Positions 11,301-25,517 of a stretch of DNA of 64,000 nt are shown here, piece by piece (the first letter of the stretch is position 1; each line of letters begins with the position of its first letter). The DNA comes from Ranitomeya imitator. Its lineage: Eukaryota. A program made the translations under genes and the position numbers. The stretch covers positions 18,104,001-18,168,000 of the forward strand of contig NC_091291.1 in assembly GCF_032444005.1 (NCBI RefSeq), in the 5' to 3' direction. The notes under the pieces are model-generated. The model was not told where the DNA came from. It saw nothing but the letters and a program-made list of their open reading frames with translations, and ran no database searches.

Positions 11301-14300
11301 ACGAGCAAAGCTGAAGTATCCCCCCCGAAAGGTAAAGAAAGGTCATTAAATGGATGTCAGGTCTTATATATGCGGACCCCCGATCCATTCATTGTCTATG
11401 GAAGTGCTGGAGAAAGCCAAGAGCAGCGCTCCATCCAGCCGTCCCATAGACAGAGAGGAGCCCGAGCATGTGCACCTCTGCTCCAACCCCAATCTCAGAA
11501 CCGCGGGGTCTCCATCAGTCCCGAGCATGTGCACCTCTGCTCCTACCCCAATCTCAGAACCGCGGGGTCCCCATCAGTCCCGAGCATGCGCACCTCTGCT
11601 CCAACCCCAATCTCAGAACCACGGGGTCCCCATCAGTCCCGAGCATGCGCACCTCTGCTCATACCCCAATCTCAGAACCGCGGGGTCCCCATCAGTCCCG
11701 AGCATGCGCACCTCTGCTCCTACCCCAATCTCAGAACCGTGGGGTCTCCATCAGTCCCGAGCATGTGCACCTCTGCTCCTACCCCAATCTCAGAACCGCG
11801 GGGTCTCCACCAGTCCCGAGCATGCGCACCTCTGCTCCTACCCCAATCTCAGAACCGCGGGGTCTCCATCAGTCCCGAGCATGTGCACCTCTGCTGCTAC
11901 CCCAATCTCAGAACCGCGGGGTCCCCATCAGTTCCGAGCATGCGCACCACTGCTCCAACCCCAATCTCAGAACCGCGGGGTCCCCATCAGTCCCGAGCAT
12001 GCTCAACTCTGCTCCAACCCCAATCTCAGAACCACGGGGTCCCCATCAGTCCCGAGCATGCTCATCTCTGCTCCAACCCCAATCTCAGAACCACGGGGTC
12101 CCCATCAGTCCCGAGCATGCTCATCTCTGCTCCAACCCCAATCTCAGAACCACGGGGTCACCATCAGTCCCGAGCATGCTCATCTCTGCTCCAACCCCAA
12201 TCTCAGAACCGCGGGGTCCCCATCAGTCCCGAGCATGCTCATCTCTGCTCCAACCCCAATCTCAGAACCACGGGGTCACCATCAGTCCCGAGCATGCTCA
12301 TCTCTGCTCCAACCCCAATCTCAGAACCGCGGGGTCCCCATCAGTCCCGAGCATGCGCACCTCTGCTCCTACCCCAATCTCAGAACCGTGGGGTCTCCAT
12401 CAGTCCCGAGCATGTGCACCTCTGCTCCAACCCCAATCTCAGAACCGCGGGGTCTCCACCAGTCCCGAGCATGCGCACCTCTGCTCCTACCCCAATCTCA
12501 GAACCGCGGGGTCTCCATCAGTCCCGAGCATGTGCACCTCTGCTCCAACCCCAATCTCAGAACCGCGGGGTCTCCATCAGTCCCGAGCATGTGCACCTCT
12601 GCTCCTACCCCAATCTCAGAACCACGGGGTCCCCATCAGTCCCGAGCATGCTCATCTCTGCTCCAACCCCAATCTCAGAACCACGGGGTCCCCATCAGTC
12701 CCGGCATGCTCAACTCTGCTCCAACCCCAATCTCATAACCACGGGGTCCCCATCAGTCCAGAGCATGCTCATCTCTGCTCCAACCCCAATCTCAGAACCA
12801 CGGGGTCCCCATCAGTCCCGAGCATGCTCATCTCTGCTCCAACCCCAATCTCAGAACCACGGGTTCACCATCAGTCCCGAGCATGCTCATCTCTGCTCCA
12901 ACCCCAATCTCAGAACCGCGGGGTCCCCATCAGTCCCGAGCATGCTCAACTCTGCTCCAACCCCAATCTCTTAACCACGGGGTTCCCATCAGTCCCGAGC
13001 ATGCGCACCTCTGCTCCTACCCCAATCTCAGAACCACGGGGTCCCCATCAGTCCCGAGCATGCGCACCTCTGCTCCTACCCCAATCTCAGAACCACGGGG
13101 TCCCCATCAGTCCCGAGCATGCTCATCTCTGCTCCAACCCCAACTCAGGACTGGGGGGTCCCCAGCAGTCAGACCTCCCATAGAACCTCATAAATAGAGA
13201 ATAACTTAATATTTTGTCAATCTGTTAATTACCAGGGATTTATTTATTTTTCGTTTGCTTGCTTTAGTATCTTTTTTTTATTATTATTTTTTTTTTTTTT
13301 GCGGGACGAGTCAAAGTTTTCAATGTCGCCATTTATTTTGGCATAAAGGGGGAAAAAATGGCAAGTGCAGTGAAAAAAGTAACTTTTTTAAAAATATATT
13401 TTTTGTTTTTGAGGGGGTGTTTGTTCTCACCGTGTTCATTAATGGGGTAAAAATAATCCAATAACCCAATTCTCCTGCGCGATACCAAATTTGTGTATTT
13501 TTTTTTAAATTAATGGTGAAAAAAAATTCTGAAATTTTGTAAAAAAAAATCACTTTTTTCAGCGGCGCCAAACTTTTTTTTAACATTTTTTTTCTTTGAT
13601 GGAGCTGTGTTAGAGTTCAAAGTTTTTAGTGATAGTGATAAAATTTTGCGATGCACACGACCTTTTGATCGCTTTTTATTTCATAAAAAAAAAAGTGGCC
13701 GCTCCGATTTCTATTTTTCCTTTCTCCATATAATATACAAATTAAATATATGTTTGAAAGATCAGAGTTTATATATATTTTAATTATTTACATTTTTTTA
13801 ATATTTTATTTTTTATTACCTTTTATTTTTTTGTTTAGTCCCCATAGGGGACTTAAACCTGCGATTGTTCTGTCGTAGGAGGACCGGTTACATTGCCCAT
13901 AGTCGACCTCTGTAACCCACAATAAATGACTCCCCTGTCCTAAAATATGGAATGTCTCCATGTTCCTTTACAGTAACGTTCCCTTTTATTTCCCCATGTA
14001 GCCCCACAGACCAGCTATGCCGCAGCGACGTTACAGGGGTCCAGCTCTACGGAAACGAACGCCGAAAAACAAATGACTAAAACGCCCCCGAGCAGCACAA
14101 CTCCAAAGGTAACGTACCTCGTTATTCCAGACACCATGGCTGACGTCTGCCTTCCTGTAAGGCAGCACCACACCCTATTTAAACTCCTAGCATTCTGCTG
14201 GAAATTACGAGCTATTGCTCCTGGTCTCCCACAAACCAGTATGGTAGTTTTCACCTCCTTCTGTCACCTTTAGGATCCATCTTCTGGAAAACGCAAGTAC

Positions 14301-17300
14301 GAGTTCAAAAAAGAGCCCACGAGTCACCCACCCACCAAGGTGTCCCCATCCCACTCCAAAGAGAGCAACTCGCAGCCCCTGCCCAAAAAAATGAAAGGTA
14401 ACATAGTGATTGCATTGTTATTGGTGTATTTTTTCCAGGAGTAGAAAGAATTAGTTTTTTTTTTTTTTTTTTTTTTATTTTATTTTTTTTAAAAACAGCA
14501 CCACCCCTCATTTACAGGTTGTGTGCGGTATTACACCTCAGCCATATTTAATGAGCCGAGCTGTAATACTTGACAATCCAGCCACAGGTGTCATGAGGCA
14601 TCTGGACTGTGGTCCTGCAAACTTCCTGGGTGCCTCACAACCTCATGGTATTGTGGCAGCCTAGTAGCAGCGCCCAGGATGGATGTCGCCATTCATGTGC
14701 CGGCCGGCGACTGTTTTAGGACCTGGATCCAGCGGCTGTACTTTGTTTCTGTCGTTTTAGCTGAGCCGCAGCCTGCACCCTCTGTAAAGAAGACTTCCCC
14801 ACCGGAGAAACCTTCTCAGAAGAAGACCCCTGCCACCTCCACCCAGCCTGTAGAGCTGAACCGGATCTTACAGGGGACGGTGTTTGTGCTGAGTGGTTTT
14901 CAGAATCCGTTCCGATCTGACCTTAGGGATAAAGCCCTGGAGATGGGGGCCAAATACCGACCCGACTGGACCCCGGACAGCACCCACCTCATGTAGGTAG
15001 CAATGTTTGTGGCTGCGATACGGCATCACTTCATGGTCAATGGCATTGTGAGAATTAACCATACCCAGCGCTGGTAAAGTGCAGCGTCCTGTACCCTGTG
15101 TACCCTGGTAAAGTGCTGTACCTTGTGTACCCTGGTAAAGTGCTGTGTCCTGTACCCTGGGTACTCTGGTAAAGTGCTGCGTCCCATACCCTGCGTTCCT
15201 TGGTAAAGTGCTGCGTCCCATACCCTGCGTTCCTTGGTATAGTGCTGCGTCCCATACCCTGTGTACCCTGGTAAAGTGCTGCGTCCCGTAGCCTGTTTTC
15301 AGTGGTAAAGTGCTGCGTCCCATACCCAGGGTACCCTGGTAAAGTCCTGCGTCCCGTACCCTGTGTTCCTTGGTAAAGTGCTGCGTCTCATACCCAGGGT
15401 ACCCTGGTAAAGTCCTGCGTCCCGTACCCTGTGTTCCTTGGTAAAGTGCTGCGTCCCGTACCCTGTGTTCCTTGGTAAAGTGCTGCGTCCCGTACCCTGT
15501 GTTCCTTGGTAAAGTGCTGCGTCCCGTACCCTGTGTTCCTTGGTAAAGTGCTGCGTCCCGTACCCTGTGTTCCTTGGTAAAGTGCTGCGTCCCGTACCCT
15601 GCGTTCTTTGGTAAAGTGCTGCGTCCCATACCCTGCGTTCCTTGGTATAGTGCTGCGTCCCATACCCTGTGTTCCTTGGTAAAGTGCTGCGACCCGTACC
15701 CTGTGTTCCTTGGTAAAGTGCTGCGTCCCGTACCCTGTGTTCCTTGGTAAAGTGCTGCGTCCCGTACCCTGTGTTCCTTGGTAAAGTGCTGCATCCCGTG
15801 CCCTGTGTACCCTGGTAAAGTGCTACGTCCCGTACCCTGTGTTCTTTGGTAAAGTGCTGCGTCATGTACTCTGTGTACCCTGGTAAAGTGCTGCGTCCTG
15901 TACCCTGTGTACCCTGGTAAAGTGCTGCGTCATGTACTCTGTGTACTCTGGTAAAGTGCTGCGTCCTGTACCCTGTGTACCCTGGTAAAGTGCTGTGTCC
16001 CATACCCTGTGTACCCTGGTAAAGTGCTGTGTCCCGTACCCTGTGTTCCTTGGTAAAGTGCTGTGTCCCGTACCCTGTGTTCCTTGGTAAAGTGCTGTGT
16101 CCCGTACCCTCTAGAAGGCCACCGGACTGTGCAGGAAACTGCAGCACGACCCCTTTCAAGTCGGTGGTACAGACCGCTGTTCTCTGCCCCGGTGTCAGGT
16201 TGGCAGCGCTGCAGCCAATCAGTGAGTTCATCGCCTCATAGTCACATTTTTTTTTTATACACATTTTTTTTTTTTAGATGTGCATTTGCCAACACCCCAA
16301 AATACGGTCAAGTGAAATCTGCCGGAGGAATCATTGTGCGCAAGGAGTGGATTCTGGACTGTTACAAGAAGAAGCAGCGTTTACCCTATAAGCAGTAAGT
16401 CACGCCGTGCGGGTCACTGACTCCAGATCCCCTGCATGGAGGTAAATGATAAAATCCTGGCGTCCTGCAGTCACCACTAGGAGGCGCTCAGTGAATAACT
16501 ATTGTACAGTGATCTTGGGAGGATACCTGCAGGCAGGAGGCGGCTCGCTGGGCTCCGGTCCGGTGGCCGTGGACTACTGACGTGGCCTCAGGGACCTGGT
16601 CCTGCCATCGATTCGCTCATCTCTAGTCCTGAACTTTGATATTTTCTGTTCTTTTCAGATATTTGATGGTTGGGGCCGACAGCAGCAGTGAAGAGGATGA
16701 CGACAGCGAAGACGACTCTCCACCCCGACAGAAAGCTCAGACTCACAGACCGGTAATTATTCTGTCCCTTCGGACGCATTCACACACTTGACACTCCACA
16801 GTATATTTGAGGCTGATGGGCTCGGCTGGGGAGACCCGCGGTCGGCAGTCGGATGTGTGATTCTAGCCTCGGGGTTATCCAGGATTAGAAAAAGATGGCT
16901 TCTATCATCTGAAAACAGCGCCACCCCAGTCCACAGGTCATGTGTGGTACTGCACCTCAGTGCTATTAAAATGAATGGAGCAGAAATACAAAAATAGACC
17001 CAAACATTTTTTTTCATCTCCTCCAGAATCCAGACTCCGGGCGGACAAACCACAAGAATCCGTCGTCCAGCCCCGCGAAGCCCAAACCTGCAAAAACCGC
17101 AGTCAAAGAGGAGAGCGAGGAAGAAACGCGCAGCGTCACAAAAAGAGAGAATCCCCCGAAAGAAGAGGATGAATACGGAGGGTCTACAGACGAGGAGGAG
17201 ACGGGTGAGTGAGTGGCTGGACCAGTTTGAAAAGCGCTGGCCTTCACAGGAGGAACAAAAAGATAGGCCCGGGGGTCTTCAGCAGACCCCCGACTGACAT

Positions 17301-19713
17301 GTCGACCAATCGTCACCCAGAGATTTGACAGTGGGATTTAACTGGTTAACAGATCGCTCCTCTCTGCCTCATTGCCATGTTTTACAGATAATAACTCTGC
17401 ATCTTGAACATTTTTTACAGGCGGAGGTCGGTGTCAAGATGACGACTCGGACGGAGATACAGAAGACGAGCTAAGAAAGTGGGTGTCGTAGAAGTGAATG
17501 GAGCGGGTTTGGGGAGTATCACAGTTATCACCTATCTTGTGGATACGTGTATATACCGCCATTTTCAAGATCTCCTCTTGCTGACAGTGAATAGGAGCGC
17601 TCTCGTTCACTTGTAGAAGCTAAAACCCGTCCTGATCCGGTCACAGATGTGTTTAAGGTCTCTCGTCGGCCATGACCGTTTTTCAGTCTCTTCTATGACC
17701 ATTCACGAACAGCAAGCAGAGGTATTGAACACTGCAGAAGAGCACAGCATTGACTTTTATAGAAAATTTTTTTTTTTTGCCTTTTCCGCAATAACGTTTG
17801 TCACCCGGAGCAATACTCGGGTGCGGTTCATTGTGACGCTCGTGAAAATTCACCGTCCGCTTTACGTATCGTCTCGTTATTTTCAGGGTGGAGGAACAAA
17901 AGCAGGCGGCAAAGAAAGAAGCGCGCTCTCCGCCACGAGGAGACGATCCCTATGCCGGGTCTACGGATGAGAACACAGATGTGGAAGAAGAGCCAGAGGT
18001 CGACCTCCCGATCCCTGAGCTTCCAGGTGGGTGAGAACCTTATGATGCACTGTTAAAGGGGTGGTCACCGCCAATAGATGTGCTGTTTGTAGTGATCATG
18101 AACATTATTTGCCTTTTACAGTTAATTTTATAATATGGCGCCACCTGGTGTTCAGCGTGTATAGCAATGTGCACGTCCATGTAATGAACGGACGCACATG
18201 CTCAGTCACTTTTTCCACAGCGACGGCTCTGTATAATATTCATAAATGGATTTCTGCCTACTTGTCAGGACAGGAGCAGAACATCTGCAATTGTTTTGTC
18301 AGCTGCCAGAAGGGGAAGGAGACTGATATTAACAAATCCTGCTCCCCAGCAGCAGAGACTATCAGCATCACAATGGTAAACACATGAAAAAATTGTATGG
18401 TGACCCTTGTATATCCTTACTGTCCCCCTACAGATTTATTTGTCGGCAAACACTTCTTCTTGTACGGAGAGTTTCCCCCTGCTGAACGGCGCCTGCTGCA
18501 GCGATATATCACGGCGTTTAATGGGTACGTTTTATTAGATCTAAACGTAAAGGCATGACAATAATCACCTCTCGCCGTCTTCCCCGGTGTCCTGGCGTCA
18601 CTCTGATCCTCTTTGTGACTCCCCGGATCACACGGGGGCCGAAATTCACCTTCTCAATGGTGCCTCGCCCGCACTCGCGTTGGGGTAGTGGCACTGTCTT
18701 CCTCCGCGGTCCCTGTGTGAGCCGGTCCTTACATCCCAAAAGGGGACTGAAAAAAACAAGGAAGACGGCAATCGGTAAGTGTTTTATTGCACCCACACTC
18801 CCTTATAGGCACATTCATCAACACTTAAGGTATAAACATTTAGTTGTTTTTTTTTTCTTATTTCTTTACTGCCCGTTGTAAATGAGTCTTACTTACCCAA
18901 CACAGGTGCGTGACCCGCTGTAGGCAAAAGCGCTGAACCCAGTGATTGTTTGCAGCGGTCACGTGCTTCAGTCGTGAGGTCACAATGGTGGCACGGTAAC
19001 AGCTCATTTTATTGTTTTTTTTTTTTACACTGAGTTAACCTATGCAATAAAAAAAAAAACCCAAAGAATCCATTAAAAAGGGGGTCTTCCCATCTTTTCA
19101 AGCCGTGGCATAATGCTAGAATATCATCACATCATTATATACAATCCTGAAAATACAGTAGGGCTGCGTGCAGATTCAGCAAGTCTGAGCATTGTGCCGC
19201 GGACGAAAGAGGAGGGTATGCTTGGAGGCGACCACATATCCCCCATTTATGCCACAGACGCTATTTCAGTGTCCTATATCCCACGCGTTTCTTTCTGCAG
19301 GGAGATGGAAGAATATATGAATGAAAAGGTTCAGTACGTGATCACCGTGCAGGAATGGGATGACAGCTTCGAAGAGGTGAGGTCCAAGCGGGAAGAAAAT
19401 GGGGTTGTCAATCAATGTACGATTTTTGGTTTTATCTCATTCATTCATTAATTCATTCATTTATTTTAAGTTTTGCGCTTGGAATATTTTCTTTTTTCCA
19501 GTTCATTATTTGGTAAAGTGAACGGTGACTCTCAAAAAAAAATAAAACAAGCCCAATGTCGATGGAAAATGTAAAAAATTTTTATTTTTTGCCCCACAGG
19601 CGCTCAACGATAACACCAACCTGTATTTCGTCCGTCCACGTTGGATCTACAACTGCAACGAACGGCAAAAGTGCATCCCCCATCAGCCGTACGTGGTGGT
19701 CCCGCAGGCGTAG
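8363..19713 (+). CDS. XRCC1: DNA repair scaffold protein XRCC1, 17 coding exons, 1935 nt, 644 aa
   Basis: Exons 8363-8413, 9921-10013, 10104-10211, 10301-10459, 10532-10606, 11214-11331, 14002-14108, 14274-14397, 14761-14992, 16278-16394, 16659-16752, 17027-17204, 17421-17478, 17887-18026, 18434-18524, 19301-19376, 19600-19713. All GT-AG with consistent phases. Protein MPEIKLKHVVSCSS..., N-terminal domain, RIR-type PGSLFF, bipartite NLS (GKRK...PKKMK), BRCT1 (LSGFQNPFRSDLR...NTPKY...KEWILDC), YAGSTDE, BRCT2 ending ...VVVPQA*. Confidence 0.97.
8625..9905. repeat. Pyrimidine-rich triplet-periodic simple repeat (CTC/TTC/GTC; 15- and 18-bp units)
   Basis: (CTGCTCTTCGTCCTC)n then (CTCCTCTCCGTCCTC)n; fills the XRCC1 intron up to the 9920 acceptor. 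Confidence 0.95.
9488..9629. other. Assembly gap (142 N)
   Basis: Run of n inside the simple repeat. Confidence 1.
11461..13143. repeat. 59-bp tandem repeat, about 28 copies, in XRCC1 intron after coding exon 6
   Basis: Unit CCCGAGCATGTGCACCTCTGCTCCAACCCCAATCTCAGAACCGCGGGGTCTCCATCAGT. Confidence 0.96.
15071..16110. repeat. 34-bp tandem repeat, about 30 copies, in the intron splitting BRCT1
   Basis: Unit GGTAAAGTGCTGCGTCCCGTACCCTGTGTTCCTT. Confidence 0.96.
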
Positions 19714-19982
19714 TGGATGACAATCGTGCATTTCTAACACTCAGAGGATAATTCCTGACACACCATCACACACATCAGTTTCTACGGGATGTGGGTGACA
19801 ACCGATCTGACTGATTACAGCACTCGCAGGGTTGTCATCCGCCATTTTATGAGCTGGTTAGTTAGTTTGAACCTTTCCAGAAGAGGAGCAAATCCACTGC
19901 ACAAAGAGAAGGCTGGTTAGTAACCACAATGGCGGCCATACTGATAGCTACCCAGCTTTCCTAGGAACGAGTTACTGACAAA

Positions 19983-19988
19983 AATAAA
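19983..19988 (+). terminator. Likely XRCC1 polyadenylation signal
   Basis: AATAAA 270 nt after the stop, followed by a U-rich tract. Confidence 0.65.
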
Positions 19989-20832
19989 GTGGCGACTTAT
20001 TTCTTTTTTTTATTTTCGGGGGTACGTTGTTCCGTTTTACACAATTTCGCATATGGCAGTGACCCATCGGGCAGCATTCGTACGTGTGTATATATTAGGC
20101 TGAAACCAGAAAACCCCTTTAAGGGCTACGTGCAGTAAATTTTATATGGTTTAGATGCATAAAAGTATAAAGCAACTCTACTTTTTGTGTACACAGCTCC
20201 CATGCAGACCTATAGTAACAAACTACAGTGCATAGCCTGGTTCTGCAGCCATTCTTTCCAAACTTTTTTTTTTTTTGGACACCTGGATGGAAGTGACACG
20301 GCGTAGGACGACACGTTGTGATCTGTAACCACACAGACATAGATCTGCACGGGAGCTGCGAACGGAAACGGTAGAAGATCGTTAACACAATCTTTTTTCA
20401 AAGATGCCTCGCTTTTTGTTTTAGACGCATCGGCGCAAAGAAATATATATATATAGTTGCAAAGATGGAAATTTCCTCCACGTCGTTTCTTCGTAATGTC
20501 GTCGTTTCTTCCTGTTTACGGAAATGTAGTAAATGGTATTTTTTAATCTAAAACAAGTTTCTTCATTCAGATTATTTTTTCTTGTTATTCTGTGTATGTT
20601 TTGTAAGAAAAATGATGGACGTCGGTCACACATGGCATCTCTAATCCCCGCACTCGGCAGCCACTCACATAATGTAATGCTATGTGGTGCTCGTTCACAG
20701 GCATGGGCGATCATGTAATGGATGGGTAGGGTCTTCTCTAGATACAGCAGTGTTTCATAATTTATTAAATAACCTGCATTTTCGACACTAATTGACCACA
20801 ACACAAACCGGTAAGCGGATTAGCATAGAGTA

Positions 20833-22825
20833 TAGGGGGTGTTCAATAAGTTATGTACCCCCAGCATCTTCTGTCAGGTTTAGGGAAGAGTCACACTGCC
20901 ATATAACTTGGATGAGGACCACAGCGCTCAGACTGCCCGTCGGTTCTCCCCACCTTGGCGTGACTGCATGTATTTCTATGCAGTTGCCATTCTTGGGTCA
21001 GGAGAGTGTCGTGATGTGACGGTCTTTGGTAAGGAATGGGGGCCTTAAATTGTCCCTGTAACTGGGACCCTAACTATCCCCGTCTCAGGGGGTACTTTTG
21101 AAGGTAGAGAGGCCTAAGTCTCCGACCTTACTATGCTCCTGTTAAATCATGATCAGTCCCCTTCCCCACCCCATGAGGCCTGAGACAGAAATATAAGGTG
21201 AATAAGACAAAGACAAAACAGGGATAACAGAAAACCTATCATACAAAAGCACTAACTAACAATGGGGAGGATAGGGACAGGGATGAATAAACTAAATGGG
21301 AACAGGGACAAGGAGATAAACACACATGCACTACAGCAAAGCACAGATCACTACTACATCTCCTCCACCTCAAATGCATAGCTTTATTACATAGCACAGG
21401 AAGACCATTCTTTCTCTGGCATGGACAAGATCAGACCAGGTTTTATAGGAAGAGGCAATGACCAGATCAGAAGCAGCTGAAATGGAACTGCATGTTTCTG
21501 ACCAGAATAGAAAGGGTTGTTAACCTCTTCAGCACCAGAGGAAACTAAACCCATTTAATGTGGGACACATCACCATTTTTCTAAAGCGATCCATTACCCG
21601 ACATGACTGTCTAACTCCAGGTCTTCTACGGAGATGTGACAGAGAGCCGACGGCCTGTCCGAGCATCTCGTGATCCTCATCCAAGTTGTACAGCCGTCTG
21701 ACTCTTCCCTTTGAGAGATTTTCTGTGCCCGTTGAGACATGTTTGGAAGGGCAACACACATTAGAATTTCAGTCTTATTAAAGCACTGGAAGTGACAGGA
21801 TGGCAAAAGCAATACAGTTTGGCTTTACAAACAAAGTGAAGGATTTGGAGCTTCCTTCCACGATTAATTTCCTTACAAAGGAAGAAAAGCCTAAGGAAAT
21901 CCATGAAAGGATGATTGCTGTATGTGGTGAGGATGCACCTTCATCTTACCAAGTAAAGGTTTGGTCCAAGCAGTTTTAATGGGGTTGGGAATCAACTGAA
22001 GATGACCCCTCTTCAGGACGAGTTATCGAAGCATCTTCAGAGGAAATGTGCCCTAAATTGGGGGCCATGATTTTAGACGATCTTCTGGTCAAAGTCAGTG
22101 TTATAGCTCTTGAATTAGGCATTTCCGTTTCCAGTATCATTCATGATGTTTTGAAGTCAAAGGTCCGTTCTCGGTAGGGTTCCACGAATTTTGATGCCTG
22201 AGCAAAAAAACACGTAGCCAAGAGAACTTGCTTAGAGAAAAATTATGACCGGTGATGAAACCCGAGTCCACCATCAAGAGTCCATGCAATGGAAACGCAA
22301 GGGGTCGCTAACTCCAAATAATGTGCCCAGCAGTCAGCTGGAAAGATCATGCCAAGTTTTTAGGGGGGTTTAATTACTAGAATTCGTGCCACACAAGATA
22401 ACAATTGCTGGAGACACCTATGCTTCAACAATGAAGGCAATCCAAGAGAAACAACGTAAGAAGTTGTCGAGAGGTGTGTTGCCGTTTCATGACATTGTGT
22501 CAGCTCATAAATTGCTTCTCTTGGTGAAAGCTGCTTTTTGGAGATTAATTGCCCACTCTGCAGTCCCGACCCGGATACATAGTGAGTATTTCCTATTTTT
22601 AGAAATTTATGCTTGGGCAATGATTTTCTGATTATGATGATACCGTCAAACAGGCAGTAACACAGGGTCCTTGCGGTAGCAAGGAGCCTCCTATTTTGAG
22701 GGCATCTCATCAGTGGAATAAGTGTGTTGAAGTCAGAGAGGATTATATTGAAAAGTAGTAAGTATAATTTTCTCAAAAAATATGATCTTCATATTCAGGT
22801 AGATACAGTTATTGAACACGCCTCG
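20833..22825 (+). mobile_element. Degraded mariner (DD34D-type) element with an internal insertion
   Basis: TIRs TA|TAGGGGGTGTTCAATAAG and TTATTGAACACGCCTCG|TA; frameshifted transposase remnants (IHERM..VCGEDAPS, EDDP.SGR, MTGDET.VHH, SMQWK.KGS, W.KC.E..EDYIEK*) at about 21770-22760. Confidence 0.8.
20872..21600. mobile_element. Possible solo-LTR-like insertion inside the mariner relic
   Basis: About 0.7 kb of non-mariner sequence starting TGTCAGG; removing it leaves a typical ~1.3-kb mariner. Right boundary and TSD not resolved. Confidence 0.35.
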
Positions 22826-23917
22826 TATATGCTGGCAGGATGAAGATATCGAGAAGCAACTGGGCAATAGCATCTCCAAAATGTCACTTCTTGTGGAAAC
22901 ATTCAGCCACGGGGACTGGAACATATTTTTTGAGCACACCGAAATGCTTGGAAAACACCTAATCCAAGCACGTTCGCTCATCACTAGTATCGATTGGAAG
23001 TAGCCCAAGGAAGGAGAACTGGTGAACTAGGGACCAGGTAATGAGGAGTAGACTGGACTGTGGTCTGATCCCATGCGAGAGTGACTGCTACAGATTGCTG
23101 AAGAAGTTCCTGCTGGCTGTGATAGGTGTAATAATGTAGTAGAGGAGATTTGGCATTCACAGAGCAGGTGGGAGTGGTGAACTCCTGGGACACCGAGAGA
23201 TTTCGCCGCGCCCATGAAATTTATAGGTGTAATAATGCGCAATTCATCACCGCTTATTAGGTATGGGGCTGTGCAGTCAAGGGGCTTATATTGACCTCTG
23301 ACCATAATGGCACAGGAGCATCAGAAATGAAGCCAATGGCCTGGTCTGATGGATCACGTGTCACTTACCTGGGGGATAGCAGCAGGCTACACCAAGGGAA
23401 GTAGAGGAGACCATGTGATGAAGCGATGTTCTTGTGGATAGGTTGGGTCCCGACATCATGTGGAAGTGACAACTATCTAACACTGTACAGACCAAGTACC
23501 GACTTAATGGCACTGGGGTTGCCTAATGACAGTACCCCGGTCAGGAGTGGAGGAACAGGACGAGATCAAGGTAATGATTTGTGTAGACCTTCATTTCCAG
23601 ATCTCAGTCCAATTGACCATTTGTGGGATGTCCCAGAAAAACAAGTCTGATCGATGAAGGCCGCAAATGTAAGGACCTGCTGCTAACATCTTGTTGCCAG
23701 ATATCACAGGACACCTACCTAACGTTGCCCAAACGAAGTACCTCTTTCATAGCAGTGGAATTCCTAATGACAGTGCCTCATTCAGGAGATAATGTTGGTC
23801 AGTAGTGGAGGAACATAAGTTCAAAGGGATGATTTGTCTCAAGTTCCCAGATCACAATTCAATTGACCATTTGTGAGATGTCCCGGAAAAACAAGTCTGA
23901 ATGATGAAGGCCACATA

Positions 23918-25517
<1,600 letters not shown>

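Noticed and set aside
11115-13197. 462-619-aa overlapping ORFs
   Set aside because: Stop-free 59-bp tandem repeat read in all three frames; only 11214-11331 is a real exon.
14868-16264. 308- and 321-aa minus-strand ORFs
   Set aside because: Products of the 34-bp minisatellite, antisense to XRCC1.
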